DNA of 55,817 nt from Polymyxa betae A26-41 (GCA_003693705.1 RBZT01000096.1:1-55817), one strand, 5' to 3'. Counted from the stretch's first letter, positions 13,563 to 27,910 are shown. Made by a program: numbers and translations. Notes: generated from the sequence alone by a model not told the origin.

Positions 13563-14235
13563 AAAGTCTTGTTCTGACTCAATTCCAAAACATCTCTACC
13601 TAGCTGAATCAAGAGCTTGTGACTGTTATGCAGAGCAGGCACTAAGCTCTGCATCGTGATGTAATCTCAACCATTCAAGGTTATGCATCTGAAGTCATCG
13701 GCACGAACATATCTGCCCATTTTCTAAGGCAGCATTTCTCAACAGAAAAGCTATGGTCAAGCATGTGTTCATCATCTATGGATAAAAACTTCCATGAAAG
13801 AGTTATAATGTTATGAACGGGGTGCCAGTATTTGAAGGTTTCAGAGGGCGACAGTTCACAGAACGAAAGCTAGGAGTCTCTACTGAGGCGACATTGCACA
13901 GAACCGGGCGAAAGGTATCATCACCACATGAAATGCTATCCGGTTCGTTCTGTTCCAAAGCACCTATGTAAATCGTGTTATACCCATTCGATGCAGTCGA
14001 ATTGCCGGAATTGGTGCGTCGAATCGTGGCGGCAACGGCAAGTGCAACTTGCGAGCCGCACCTGCCGGCTGCTGCGATGTCCGTGCTCATCCCACGTTCG
14101 TTGAAATTCGGCCATGTCGCGCACCTCTCCACGATCAACCCTTGATATGTATTAATAAGCTCACCGCCTATTCACGTCCCAGCATGACGATGATCTTGCC
14201 GTATCTATCAACACTTTTAAATTCGCACCTTCTCC

Positions 14236-15857
14236 ATGGTGTTCATCGCCGTTTTCTGGTTCATACTTTGGGTGATGATGTGTTCTCTACGTCATGATAA
14301 TCAGCGAAACTGCCATCGATATCGACCCACTCGATCCCTTCAATGTCTTACCCAAAGTTCTCTGTTGCTGCAGTCAATCGTCAACCCAGATAGTCCTGAA
14401 TTGGCTGCGACCAAACAAGCAAATCTATCGGATTTAATCCGGCACTTTCCTGACGACATCACTGCTGGCTTGAGGCTCGCCGTTCGAGTTGCTCAAGCAG
14501 AGGAACCGGTTCGTATCCATCTCTGTTGCCGAGCGGATGCTCCTAACTCTTCGACTAAAGGGTTTCTGTATTCTGAAATTGAACACGATGGATTTGATGG
14601 CGTTGCTTCCTGTTGCACGTTATTTGCAACTATTCATTCCTGTTCTGACATATCAGTCCGACTCTTATACTACCTGTCTAGTCGAATCTGTCACTCTTCA
14701 AGCATTGGCACACCGATTTCTAGCAAATATTTCTAGAGATCGACATTCATTTGAAGACTTTCTTCAAGACCTTCAGCCATTGCTTGACGACGGATTTCGG
14801 CCTGAACTTCTATATGAATGTTTTCATATCCTCTGCACTCGTGCCAAAGTCGTCTTCCAATCATGCCAGTGGGACTTTTTCGAGAAAAGTTCTGGGTTAT
14901 CGTGGCAATTGCATGAGATCACATCCCCGGCATGGGAACTCTTCGTCCTTTTCTACCTTCCTCGGGTTCACGAAGTCGAGCTAAATCTGGAACTGTCGTC
15001 TGCCGAATTTGAAAGGCTAAATAAGCTATATTCGGGTTATCACCAGCCTGTTTGTGTTCGAAATTTCCAGTATTACTTATCAACATTTCAAAGCGCCGAT
15101 TTTGGCAGGATTCCGTATGTGACTCTCTTCTGCTCAGCTATATAAACCCTAATTGCTGTTTGTTTCTAGACGGTCAACTTTGAAAATGTTTCTCGCGATT
15201 CCGTTAGTATTGACGCTGATAGAAAGCATTCCGAATAAGGCCGACATATTTAATATTTGTCGTTTCACCAACTTAGCTAAGCTTTTTTCCTCGCCATATG
15301 GAGCTAAAGTGTACGACGATTTGATCACAGTATTCTTGGACTCGTATGTTCAGGAACTGAAGTAATCACGTCGTTAAAATTCCTTGTATGAACCTATCTT
15401 AACATGTTTCTAGGTCGACGATTGCTCTCAATGATCGTCAGAATTACCGGGAGCGAATCCGATTCTTAGGCCACGTTTTGCGGCAGCCCCAATGCTCATT
15501 ATTCTTAGGGTTCTTCACCCAGATGGGCGATTTCATTGAATGGAATCTATTCTGCCTGCCCGATCCCGATACTGGGACTACGATGCAGTCGGAATCTTTC
15601 GAGACTGGGGATGTCATGATGACTTTGACAAAGTGTTGCAAAGCTTTCAAAAACGATCCGATGATGATCAATTTCTATGTCCACATGGCACCGATGGACC
15701 CTCACCTCGACCTGCCTGAACATTCGTCACTGCTAAGGAAACCAGGTTTTAGTATCGGTAACCGTTATTTCGTTTTCGCCAAGCTCAATTGGATTAAGTT
15801 CTATCGCTTGCAGGTTGGATTGCATCTGATAGCAAGTATCAAAAATATTTGTATTAA
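14236..15857 (+). CDS. Hypothetical helical protein with N-terminal signal-like peptide (secreted candidate); about 5 exons
   Basis: MVFIAVFWFILWVMMCS N-terminus. ORF pieces join via candidate introns 14482-14560 (GTTCGA...CCTAAC...AAG), ~15115-15169, ~15362-15413 and ~15746-15813, ending ...PGWIASDSKYQKYLY* at 15855-15857. Confidence 0.55.
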
Positions 15858-15899
15858 TCAAGCTTGACGATGTTGGCCTTGATTTATTGGTTGATTATT

Positions 15900-18800
15900 T
15901 ATGATAAAATTAAAAAGCTTGGTATACTTGCAGCTGCCTGAGTTTCAGGTCTGGAAGGCAGGAAGTTGTCATCCTGCTAAGTCCCAAGAACTTCCATCTT
16001 CTCACAACGCTTGTGATCTCAACCTGAATTTGAATAAGAGCCAAGCTTTCAACTGTAAATGGCGGAAAAAGTACTTTTGAAGCTGATTCTTGAGAAGCTT
16101 TTTGCAGTCTCCCCACCCTCCCATCCGCTTGCTTTTTTGCCAAAATATCAAACAATTTCATTTGTTTGATCCTCCCTCCACCATGCATCCCATCCCAAAC
16201 AAAATCGCGTTAAGGCATATTTCTCCATAGGAAGCAACCCTAAAGAGCTCCTGGGCTCCAGCCGAACATAAATACATAGGCCGCATAGGCTTTTTGCGAA
16301 TGCTGGAGTCGTGAACGATGCGCTATATATAAGCACATTGGAATATCCGAATGAATGGCAGACTGACTGCAGAAGACAAAAGCCCAGTCAGACTTAAGGA
16401 CAGGGACTGTGAGAGTGGGCTTCGCGGGGTGGCGGGACCACGCCTTGTTTTATTCAATTTATTCTGAGCGATCGATTTATTATTTTCTATCATCCGTCGT
16501 CCTAATCCATCTGTTTTCCATCATCGGTCGTCCTCAATCCATCTGAGAACTGACTTCTACTCATTCTTGCTTGTATCGCCTCTGAGATTGGCTCTGTTAT
16601 TTGCCTGAAACAGAAGGTTTTGTCGGTCTGAGATTCGTGCTACTGGTTTAGGTATGGTTACTCGAATTAATTGCTTTATTCGGGTTTGTCACTTTTTTGG
16701 TTGGTATGGGCATTGAGTACAATAAACACTGATCTTTGCTTAAGCATCTGGGTGTAATTACAGTTTTGAGTGAACTGGGATTTGCTGTGAGCAAATCCAT
16801 TTCCTGTAGGCTATAATCATGCCATTCCGATGATGCTTGCGGCGGCATGTTTGACGTCGTTAATTATCATGCAAAAACAGCTTCGCTATTCATACTGGAA
16901 TCTTATAAGCTGTGTTCGTATTCAGCTGCTTTGTGCGCAGACCCAGCAGAATCTGTAATCAATAGCTGGCTGTACATAGAACTTCAACCCTATTATGTTT
17001 TGAAATGCATCGTTCCTTTGCTGTAAGCAACAGCTTCATCGCTTATATTCTGCGAAAACATCGATTGCGGCAATCATGTTCCAAAAAGTTGCTGATTATT
17101 TAGAAGTTTTGGCAGTTCTGTGCGCTGTTTTAATGCACTCAAAATTAAATCAATCTTATTGGCGAAATCAGGCAGAGTTGTCATCTTGAGCACTTTGGTT
17201 TAATGGATATAGGACAGACGAGATCTAACTGCTTCCCATTCAGCAATAACCTCGAACTCGCTTAAATCTTCATTATTATGGATGGCGCATGCTATTCAGT
17301 GGACATCTGGCTCTTTGTATTGCTGCGTATGCAGGCCTCGGCAACAGCGGCGCTGGAACCAATCCAAACCGAGTCGAAAACAGCGTCTGCGCCATTATTA
17401 ATCTTTCATCTTTCGGTGCAGCTACTAAACACATCATGCCATAACCATGTCCCTGCCAAATAGTGGCGCTCGGTCTTCATAGAATCCATTCCATGTATTG
17501 GTCGCGAATGGGAAGATGCCGTTGTTCTTGATCATATTGCTAGCAAACTCGCATCCATTCAGCTGGATGATGCTCGTCACTACAAAAGATCAGTAAGCTC
17601 AGCGAATACGACGACGGGTGTCGAGCTGCTGACGACTCTAGGGACGCCGTAGGCGTAATCATCTGATCTAACCGGTACTATTCCTTTAGCTGCTGCTGCT
17701 GCTGCTCTATTGTATTACTATATTATTATATCAAAAGCGTGTCTGGCGTGGTGATTCCGATCACCGAAATCCCTGCAGCAACTTCCGACGACCCTCTCTG
17801 GTCATTCGACGAATCTGCCTCCGTCTTTTATCTAGATTGAGGTTCGCTGTATTGTTTTCTTGCGATGCGGGTTTGATGTTCCACGTTAGGTATTTTAATG
17901 AATACGCTCCTTCTGTTGGAGGTGTTATGTTTTTTCTTGAAGAGATGCAAATTTTGAGGCTTCGTGAGCATTTGCTCTCTCAATGAAATGAAGTTTTAAG
18001 AACACTACCCTGTCTCATTGTCCATGAAATTAGCTTGATTGAAACTTCATCGGGTTCATGTAATCGACAGCAGATTATGCTCGTCAACCTATTTCAGGGC
18101 TTAAACAAGATCCACTTAAAAATCATTATGTGATTCGTTCGATTTGTGAGAGCGATGCTCAATTGCCCATTCACAGCCAAGATCCCACACTCCATTTTTA
18201 TGGTTTGCTGAACCAAATCTGCTGTTTTTGAAATTTATATCTAACGAGAAGTTTTAGGGGTATTATGGTTCTATCGGTCGCTGTTCACCCTCTGTTCTCA
18301 GCCTTATTTTCTTTCTTTTCCGTTCTATCATTCCCAAATCGAATACAGTATGAACTGGAATGAAGGACGGTGATTTGCATGGCCCATCAGGTTCGGCAAT
18401 CAAGTGGAAAGTTTTCACAATGATCAACTTGCAATCAGCACCAACAATATATGTCGGTACACGATTCTCACATTACCGTTTTGAAATTGGTGACGCTTTT
18501 AATGTTATTTTGTTAATCTTATGCTGATCGTCGGTTTTTATGCTGGATGCCTGGGCTTGCATTTTAATAGCAGTTATCTGTACATATCACTTCGACTGCT
18601 TGAAAGACATTTCTTGCTATTGCTTGCTTGGTTTGGTCAAGAATGTTATATCATACTTTTACTACGTATCTTGATTTGCTAAGATGGCTGCATTGACAGC
18701 ATCCTGATAGTGATTTTAGATCGAATCAAGCAGATTTTGTCAAATTTCAACAAGATGTCATTGGAGGAAACCAGATGTTCCAGCGTCTAAAAGTTTTCCC

Positions 18801-19750
18801 GGTGACAGAAATCTCTTGCTGAAGCTTTATCGTACGCAGAGCATGCTTGAAACAATGCACAGTAAGTGCCATTTATATATTCTTTTATACTTGACTGATT
18901 CTTGAGAAGCTTTTTGTAGTTTGCTTGCACTCTGATTTAAGCCTTCGATATTTGAAAACATCTGCCTATGGTCAGACTGAGATTGGTGCAAAAAGATTAG
19001 CTTCAGCGCTAGATCGCTCACCGAATGCTGGTGTTGTGGATGCTTTGTTATATCTACTAGGTGCTCTCGCTGGCTGAGTTTTGCGTCTGACGACATTTAG
19101 AAGGCATCGTCGCGCCCTGCGACTAGTCTTTGCTCGCATTCTTTGACAAGACAGCATTTATTTATGGCGCATTTGCTCTCTGCAGAGCGACATTGGCGTA
19201 TGGGTAACATGTCTTTAGTTGTCCTCGTGAAGCTAGCGAACCTCGATGCATTCTGTTAACTAACTGGGCCTCCAATGGCGATTTGAATAGCTTGTGAATA
19301 CTGATTGTAAAATCTGGATTCTCTGATATACCAATACAGCTGAGCAGTGACCTTCAGTGTTCTTCTGTTTTGGCTGATGTGCTGATTTTTTTCGGTAACT
19401 TCTGATGATCTTTCAAAATTGTAGTGCTCTGATCTCAAATCTCCTTGCTTGGGTTGGTTTTGCCTCACTGCTGGTTGTAGCATATTGTCCTGCTTTTCGT
19501 TAACTTGGTACTCCAAAATGGTTGAAGAAAGATGTTTGTGTTAGCAGCACTGCTTTGATTAGGGCGTTTTAGCTGCGTAAATGTATTTTCCGATGGAAGA
19601 ACCCAAGCCCATGATGTCTGGGATACTGCTGAGAATTGAAAAAGATTGCAAGCAGCGGACGTCTTCATGCTTCACTATTTGCTTGAACAGATGGATCTGT
19701 CTTTCAGCATGCTCGATCAATGCGGCAGGCAACAACTAACATAAATCATT
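15900..19750 (+). pseudogene. Decayed multi-exon coding region with internal degenerate duplications
   Basis: No long ORF in ~3.9 kb. A canonical intron survives at 18862-18919 (GTAAGT...ACTGAT...TAG) with an open frame across it (...ETMH|ICLHSDL...EIGAKRLASALDRSPNAGVVDALLYLL). Duplicated blocks at 16083-16104/18895-18916, 16297/19022 and 16622/18971. Confidence 0.4.
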
Positions 19751-20317
19751 CTCGTTGATCATTAACTTGGTACAGTAGGTATTATTAACTTATTTGGTAC
19801 TGTAACAAGTAGCGCCAGGGGCTATGGGATCAAAATGAATGCCGAGTGGTCAGCGCTTGACTTCCATATTTTGACACCGATTCGTGTGACAAAAAGCTAA
19901 TCTTGATGCTTTTTTGCAGAAGTCGAGTAAGCAAAGCTCTATAAGGCCAAACCATTTAACGATGCTTTTCGATGTTGGATTGACCGCAGTCAACCATTTA
20001 AGTGTTCAAGAATCTAAACTACCCTTTAAGCGTTTGTTTCTCTCAGTGCAGGAAAATTCTGTCGGCCGCATTATATATCATTTGTTGCTGGATCTCCATT
20101 AGTACATAAGTTTAACACAATTGAATTGTCATTGGAGAACATTCCATAAATTATTCGAATCCACATTCGGTTTATTTGAGAACCCATACTCTGTTGCACT
20201 TGGTATGTAATCGATGCTGTATGGGGATCATGGGATCCCATGGTTCCTGACGCAACCATTTATTGAAAAGAGAAAATATAATCTCCAAAAGTTACCATTG
20301 GACTCTTGATGAATAGC

Positions 20318-20849
20318 TTATTCTTTCAATTGAGCAAGCTGTCTTTCCAGACGTGCTAATTTCGCTGCTGTTTTAGCATAATACTCTTCTAACATCGTCA
20401 CGTGAATTACTTCGGTTTCGGTGGCGTGTTCCGCATCCTTAACTAAAACAACTTCAAAATTCATATTCCAACTGAAAACTTCCCCAACGTTTTTGCCTCA
20501 TGGTCTGGCATGACTGCCGTTCGAGATGGTAGTTGGACCTCCTCCTTTTCTTAGGCGCTTGGGGCCGTGGACTGTCATTGGAATTGGACTTCGTAGGGCT
20601 GCCATCAGCCACCTTCGGCGACACCAGCTCTGGCTTCACATCATCGCCATCAGATCCGGCGGTCTGCGCTGATCCTGACGGAGAGGATGGACCGCTGCCG
20701 GCGTCGTCAACATTCTCAACCGCTCCAGCGATTAGTTGCAGAGGCTTGGCTTCATGACTGGCCTCGCCGTCGTCTTCGGGCGAAGGTTCCCCGGTACTGA
20801 CGTTTCCCATGCGTTTGAAGATACGCGTTGGTGACAGCCAGTCAAACAT
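20318..20849 (-). CDS. Small low-complexity protein with basic NLS-like patch and C-terminal coiled coil; intron 20488-20443
   Basis: MFDWLSPTRIFKRMGNVSTGEPSPEDD...PKKRRRS...RQK L|KDAEH...AKLARLERQLAQLKE*. The second ATG (20810) gives MGNVST, a myristoylation-like start. Confidence 0.55.
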
Positions 20850-20904
20850 CGTATTTGATATATGATAATATCGCACGCGGAAAGCATGCCATATAGATGA
20901 GGTT

Positions 20905-23239
20905 TTATAAAGTTGGAGACAATCGATCAGATGTTGGCGCTCTGGCAAAATAACTCAAGATATAAAGCACCCAGATGTGCAAGACGAAGATGTAGATAAC
21001 CACAGCGATTCGTTTCCTTGCTGATCTCCTCATCATTTTTGTGATTGAAGTTCCGATGTTATCTAAATGCAGGAAATAAACATCCATAGATGAGGTAAGT
21101 GAACTCTGTGCGCAACTGAAGAAAGAATTGTTAAAGTGTTAAGCTAAAAGCAATCGGTTGAACGAAGAAAACGCGCATGGTACTTTAATATCCGTTTGAT
21201 GAAAAAATAAAGCAAACGAGAAGTAGAAGAATCATTGGAATAAGTTTGAATATTCGAATATACATCATAAACATAAAGTGTCGCAGGCAGGATGGATCAC
21301 AGAATCAATCTTACCAAGTACATCTACGACTTGGGAAGTCAGTCTATGTTGATAGGGACGTAGGCGTCTTCGCTTGATATCATGATCATAATCTGGCGAG
21401 TTTATCACCTCTGAAAGCCGTTGTTCCAGAGCTTTACGCTCCTCTTCGAGTTTTATACACCTGGCTCTTTCATTATCCAGTTGCAATCCGAGAGTCGAAG
21501 ATACACTTCCTGAATTTAAGAGAATCAGTGCCAAATCTTGGCCTCCATAGTACAAACATCCTACCGATACGTTCAATTTCAGTTTGTCGTTGTAACAGCG
21601 TTTTAGTTAATACTTCAACCTTTCTCTGCAATGCATCTGCTCTAGCTGCTGATCCAGTTTCGACACTCGACGACTTCAACTGCTCCGACAGGTTAGCAAT
21701 CTTGATCTCCAGCAGATTTCGCTCATTTTCGAATGAGTCCGATTGCGCTTTTAAAGCGGAAGATAAACGTTCGTCATGCAAAGCAACCCTCTGAAGTGCT
21801 TGCTGTTCATTACTAGAGACATGTTCAAGCTAAAATGCACAGTTCAGTTCTGTATAACAATCTGCATAAACAGAAAGCAAAAAGCTTCAAAAAATTAGGC
21901 ATGAGCAAGAATGTAATATTGCAGAACCAACGAATGAAATCAAAGTCTGGAGACTAACCTTTGTTTGCAGCTCAGCAAGATTTGCTTGCAGAACGTTGAA
22001 TTCTGCTTGAAGTTTCTGCTTCTCTTCCTGAGAACCTCTGAGAACGGACGATATCTTCTGCAAGTCGCGATCGGCCTGAACCAAAGCCTTCACATACTGC
22101 TCTTTGTCGTTGAGCAATTTCGATTCAAGATCGCGAAACTGTTGCAGTGATCCAGAGGCAGCCAGGGCATTTTCTTTTAGTTCTTTCTCTTTAAACGCAA
22201 ACTCGTCATGCAAAGCTTGTATCTGCCTTATAACAAATAAGTCCCAAGACATCATTTCTAAAAAACTTCAGAAGAAACAAATTCGAAAACGATAGCAGCA
22301 ATTACATTGAGCGATCCGTATTGGACTGATTCAACTCCGACTGAAGGTCGTCTTTCTCCTGAAGCAATCTCGCATTGCTCTCCGACATCTCCCCGATTTG
22401 CTGCTTCAAAGCTTCAACCTAAACGCATTATCCTTTCATTATACCGCAAAACGGAGACTCAGAAGAAATGAGAAAATGCAGAAGACAAACCAAAACGAAA
22501 CATGTCATTCAAATTTGACAAGGCAATATGGGTCGGAGAATCTACGATAGGTTTACCTGAGCTTCTAACAGTTCCCGATTTTCTGATGATTCAGCCAGGC
22601 GCTTTTCGAGCATCGAAACTCGTCCAGAGCTGGACTCTATCGAATCAGATACACGAGCATCCATCTGATCTCGTAATTTTTGCAACGACTGCCTATGGAG
22701 ATCGTCTCGAGATCGAAGCAATGCTTTGACGCGAGCTAACTCATCCCGAGTTTCATGCCATACTTTGGTGAGACTGAGAATTTGTTCATCTTGGGAGCCT
22801 ACTGGAAGAGTTTCCACCCCAGCTACCTCAGCGTTGCTCTGTAACATTCGTAAGAACTAACCAATGAAATACAGCGAGGCTTATGAGCATTAAGCTTAAA
22901 CAGAAAACGGATTCACTTTGAAGGAGAGAAGAACAAGCAAGCGAGCCATACATTTGAAGTTTAGAAGTAAGAAATGCAATTCCAAAACTGAACAAAAACA
23001 GTTGCAAGGTTCGGGTCCGAGTGTAAACTGAAAAATCCATGTAATGGCAGCAAAAAATTTGGAATTACATCGGTGCTAGGAGCTTGATCGTTATTGGTAG
23101 CAACTTCCAGATCCTCGTTGGGTGACCCGCTGCCGGAATTTCGTCTGTAATCATTTTTCAGTGCCTTTTGCAAGGCTGAAGCTGCCCCTTCATCGACTGA
23201 ATCCAGCACCTTCCCCGCCCATGATACGAACGATGACAT
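20905..23239 (-). CDS. GOLGA5: Golgin-84 (GOLGA5)-like coiled-coil tail-anchored Golgi protein; multi-exon
   Basis: N-terminus MSSFVSWAGKVLDSVDEGAASAL; long coiled-coil exons; C-terminal MRRSARKRIAVVIYIFVLHIWVLYIL with the family Tyr/His TM signature. Confidence 0.8.
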
Positions 23240-23765
23240 GAATAGATGAAAAAATGGGATTATTTACTGCACTTTTTCTTGCAAAATCGAATTTTCCAAG
23301 GGAGGCCGCGTCACACTGCCCTTTGAATCTTGGTGTGATCACCTCACCGGTGATGATTACGAGCAAGACTAAACTCACTGAAGAAGTAATCTGTGAGCCC
23401 AGGCTAATCACAAGATAACGCAGGGCTCTTTGCTTGTGTGAAATTAGTAAAGTTGAGGCCATAACGGTTTGTTGAACATACAATGACTCTATCCAACCGG
23501 TTTCCTAAAAGTGTCAAGATTCGCATTGGCTAAAGTATGAAATCATGAGTTTTATTAACAACTCTAAAGTGAGAGTCTATCAAGTTGCGCTGAAAACAGT
23601 CAGCGAACAAAGTACGAAGAGGAAGATTGCTGATGAGCGACGGGGCATTGCCTGGCACATGGCTTTCTGTATCGAGCAGGTTCTAGCTTCTTACCGCTGT
23701 TAATCTGATTATGATCATGAGCAATTTTACAGAATGCTCAGATTGGAATCTCCGTTCCAAGCTCA

Positions 23766-26700
23766 TTAATCATCAGTGCGGTTCGAATTGCGATATGGAA
23801 CGATGGGAGATTCGTTGACCACTCGAACCAGTACGTCCATCAAATTCCGATACGTCATGGTCGCAGCGCCCAAATCGCGTCGAAGCCGCAGTTCAGTCTT
23901 AAATTTGTTCAGGGCATTCCAAACATCTTCTTGTCCAGGGAATTTGCAATCCCGTATGTGCCCAACTTCATGCAAGACCAACTGTACCCATGACAAAAAA
24001 TAACTCAGTTTAAAGCGAGTTCTCTAAAGTTGAACTTGAAAAAAAGTCCCATGGACCACTAAAGCCAAAAAGCTCGGCAAAGTACAGTGCAAAGGGTTTC
24101 CAAACCTGTTCAAGTTTCTTCCAATCATTGACTATCTGATTCCAGTTGCTGGCTGGTGAACTGCTTGATGTTCCTGCAGAAGATATCGTCACTGTCGACA
24201 TCCTGCTACTTACCAATGGTAGCGTTGAACTTCTGTTCCCGTCCTCAATAGCTATCGGCACCTCTGATTGCTTTCTCAACAACGTCATTTAACTTGAACG
24301 CTGGTGTTACCTTGGCTGTCTTTAAACGATATTCGTGTTTCAGCGTATCGTTTCGTGACGATCCCAAACGAATGGCACACGGAAATAAAGGCGTCCAGGC
24401 TAATCTCGAAAGCTCGATTTGATTCATTAGAAGTTAGCCTGTGGTGCACTTTAGTGACACCAACATCTAGTCAATACGATTACCCGGCCGATATGGAAGA
24501 TTGGCCTTGGCACGAAATCTCCAACATTTGTTTATAGATGAGAATCAAATCGACGGATGAGTATTGAGGTTGACGTATTATTAAACTCGGGTTTGGCTCG
24601 ACTGCGATTACTAGATTCCATACGGCCACGAATCGGGCGAAATCCAGCCATCCAATTCGATCTGTCATTGCATTTAATAAAGCCATCCTGGATTTCGACG
24701 GTTTAATTCAAATTTGATTTTTGAACCAAGGTTAAACGCTGCTTTATAAGAACTCTGTTGCCTGTAAACTGTAAAGCTAAACCTTGAACCCGACCCCTCT
24801 ATCCAAATTTTGAGGAAGACAAAAGTCCCAGCACCCGCCCGTACCAGAATTTAATTTCATAAAAAGTTGTTTTAGATGATGATCGCTAATGCAGTTTTCG
24901 TCTTTCCATTGTTGATGAATAACCTGTAATACTGTTGGCTGACAACGCAGAGGGGTTGAAAGAGTGTCACCTCGATAAGGGCATCGCCATCAATGGAGTC
25001 CCCAGAGCGTAACTTCCCCTTGGAGAGCTCTGCAAGTTCCACTTGTTAGTTCTTCTTCCGAAGCATGCACCGAAAACAATCTTAATTTGCACACTCATAA
25101 TGGCTTGAATAAAAAAATGTGGAAAATTCAAACAATGCAACCTTGGGTCCTGTTCGTTGCAAGTTTGAGAGTATTCGCTTTGAAAGCAGCTGAGTCGTTA
25201 ACGAGAAACGAATCCACGACTTGTTGTGCAACCTGCGGTAATTTTCAACGAAACCAATAGCATTATCATCCGAGAGAAAACGTTCGGATGACTTAAATAA
25301 GGAAATCAAGCCAACCGGTCGTTGCAGAATAATATTGCCATCAATATCGTCAAGGCGGTGATTGTGATTCGCAGAAACCGGTCCATCCAATGCTCGTTTG
25401 ATTGTGGCCATGACCGACATTACGAACGTAGCATCGTGGTGATCAAGTGAAGGTTGATCGGCCATGGTAAATACTCCACAAAGTCTCCTAAAGAACGTCA
25501 GTTAACAGATTGTGATCCCAAACCAGTTCATACCCAAACATTTGTATTCGCGGAATGTGCATCCAACGTCGGGTTTTAACCAAACTCAACAACTACGATA
25601 TTAGAGAAATTCAGTCTGTGGGAATAGAGATACCTCGGCGAGCGTAGTTTCCGCTAGTTTCACTTCGTTATACCGTTTAATGTACAGCCGGTATATAAAC
25701 TGGCACAGTGTCTCATTAGGATCCGTCGTGTTCACCCGTTGGGTATAAAGGTTCAAAATCAGGCGCAACGTTGCTCGTAATGAAGAACGGCGTAAACTCT
25801 CGGGGACAGGCAGCGTTAATAACGGCGCGAAGTATCCCAGCTGCGATTTCACCACGATCGGTTTGTGAGCCGACAATATGGGGCGTTCAGCCTCAGATTG
25901 AGGAGATGTCTAACCACGGGTTAGCCACATTGCAGATTTCAAGCTTGAGATCCACCTGAACGGCTATACTAGCGCAGCTGCTTCTGGAGTTGATGCCGTC
26001 GATGATTGCCTGTGTCGTCTTCATCGAGACATGTTCCAGCGCGTTCAATCTGTTCGTGAGCACCTGCGCAGCTGGAGTCAGACAGGATAACATCCGAATT
26101 CAATCTGGATCGACCTGTTGCGCTTCGACTTCATTGACAATTTCAGCGAGAAGATTGCTTTGATTATTCGCTTCTTTATGAAGCGCCATTGACAGCCTTA
26201 GCTCTAGACAGATCTTCTTGGTCTTGATGCCAATGCCAGTCACCTGTTCGTTTTGTTAAATCGCAAACTTGGCGAGTACTAACTGGGCATCGCTAACCTT
26301 TATATACCAAGTTCCAGAAGCAGCCTGATTCGGGCACAGTTGCAGAAACCCATGCTTTGCCTGGCGAGTTTTTATATGGTAAGCATGTGATAACGATGTC
26401 GGAATAGAATCACGCGCAAATAGAACCTGTAGGAATAGTTGACAGCAAGCGCATTGAGCAAACGAGTTGTATGGAAAATAAATGCTTCTGGATTGAAACA
26501 AACTGCATCATGCTTTTGTCGACTAGGCAGAGCATTAAGTCCAAAAAATGAGATTAACGCGTGTTTGTTCGTGTGAAATATTTCATAGAACCTGAGTGAA
26601 ATTTGAAGTATCTCCTGCCGGAGATTGGCTGATCGCGATAGATAGTCCAGCAGAATCGCGAACCTCAAACCGATAGTATGCCTATTGAAACGTTTGTGAG

Positions 26701-27910
26701 ATGTGCGCATCCCTGGAAAGCATTGTTGCTACCGAGCCGGAAGTTAGCGATGTGATAATTCGATCGCCGTTCGAGATAGGCGTCACCAGAATATCCTCAC
26801 CTTGCAATGTCTTCATAGCCACCGCCGGTAAAGCAGTTGAGGCATGATCGTTCTGCCAATTTTTAGTTCTGAGCATGAAAACCAGGCGCCTTCTTACCAA
26901 CTCGTCTTTAAGCGGCGTCGCAGGCAATAACGGCTGCTTTGATTCGCGGAAGCTTTTGTAGGCTTCGGTTTGCTGACCTGTTGCTGCAAGAATAGGAAGC
27001 ACAGACGGCCCGAAATCCACATTCTCCATCGTATTCTGGCAATTAGGCTTACAACGTTGTAAAACAATTTTGGTTCCAAGCCTCACCGTCATGGATTCTT
27101 GAATTTTTGCGACGTAAGATTGCCATCGCTCCGCTTTTTTTGCTTCTCGATGCACCTCTGACTGCAGATTTTTCAAAGCTTCAGATGTTTGTCGCTGAAT
27201 GCTAGATTTTCTCTTTGACAATTCGTCAAGCTGTGTGTCTTCTGTAAGCTGATTGACACCCGTGGATGATACACACGTACAGTCCAGTCATAGGCGGCAC
27301 GTTTTTTGGCTTCTGATGTTAATAAAGCGACTGCAGACGTCAAATCGGTTATCTGAGATCGTAGGGCCTTCAGTAAAGTAATCAAAGCTCCATGTCCACA
27401 ACACAGCCCAGGTCGACGTGTGATTTCCAGAAGAATTTCATCCCACAACATCATTTCGGAAAGCTTGGAATCCACTTTCGCTAGGTAGCCTCTCTGGAAT
27501 AAGAATTAGCATGCTTATGATTATCAAACATCTCAAAATTTATCGATTTCATCGCTGTTGCGAAAACATTGATGAGGCTCAAGTGAATTAAGACATGGCA
27601 TCATGTTGATGCACGTTATGGGGAGAATGCGTGAGTACTTACGATAGGATCCAAACTCGGCTTGACGTCGTGCTCCGAGGCCTGTCGGGATTCCCGCCAT
27701 CTTTTCAGCATAAATCGCAATGATTGATGCAACTCGGCGATGGCTGCATTGGATGTAACAGAAGCCGCCATGGCTGGCATGGAGGCTGTACTCTGCTTGG
27801 CTCTTCAATGTCGCCTTCTTCTGCTTGAGATACACTGGCACGCGTCTGTCTACATCACCATCACCATGAGGTGACCCCCTGAGAGGAGTGGCTATTACGT
27901 TTGCACTCAT
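23766..27910 (-). CDS. Large multi-exon hypothetical helical/coiled-coil protein, possible C-terminal EF-hand-like segment
   Basis: Chain of minus-strand ORFs separated by T-rich GT-AG introns (e.g. 26801-26713 joins LQ G|MRTSH). Segments TLCQFIYRLYIKRYNEVKLAE and RIGWLDFARFV. Not every junction was resolved. Confidence 0.65.

Noticed and set aside
14460-14560. Apparent +1 frameshift between ORFs 14236 and 14489
   Set aside because: A 79-nt candidate intron (GTTCGA...CCTAAC...AAG) explains it in frame.
16390-17290. A minus-strand frame that seemed to read through many TAA/TAG/TGA as Gln/Arg, suggesting recoding or U-to-C editing
   Set aside because: Roughly 20 stops in ~300 codons is about what random AT-rich DNA gives, and the splice signals and duplications point to the plus strand.
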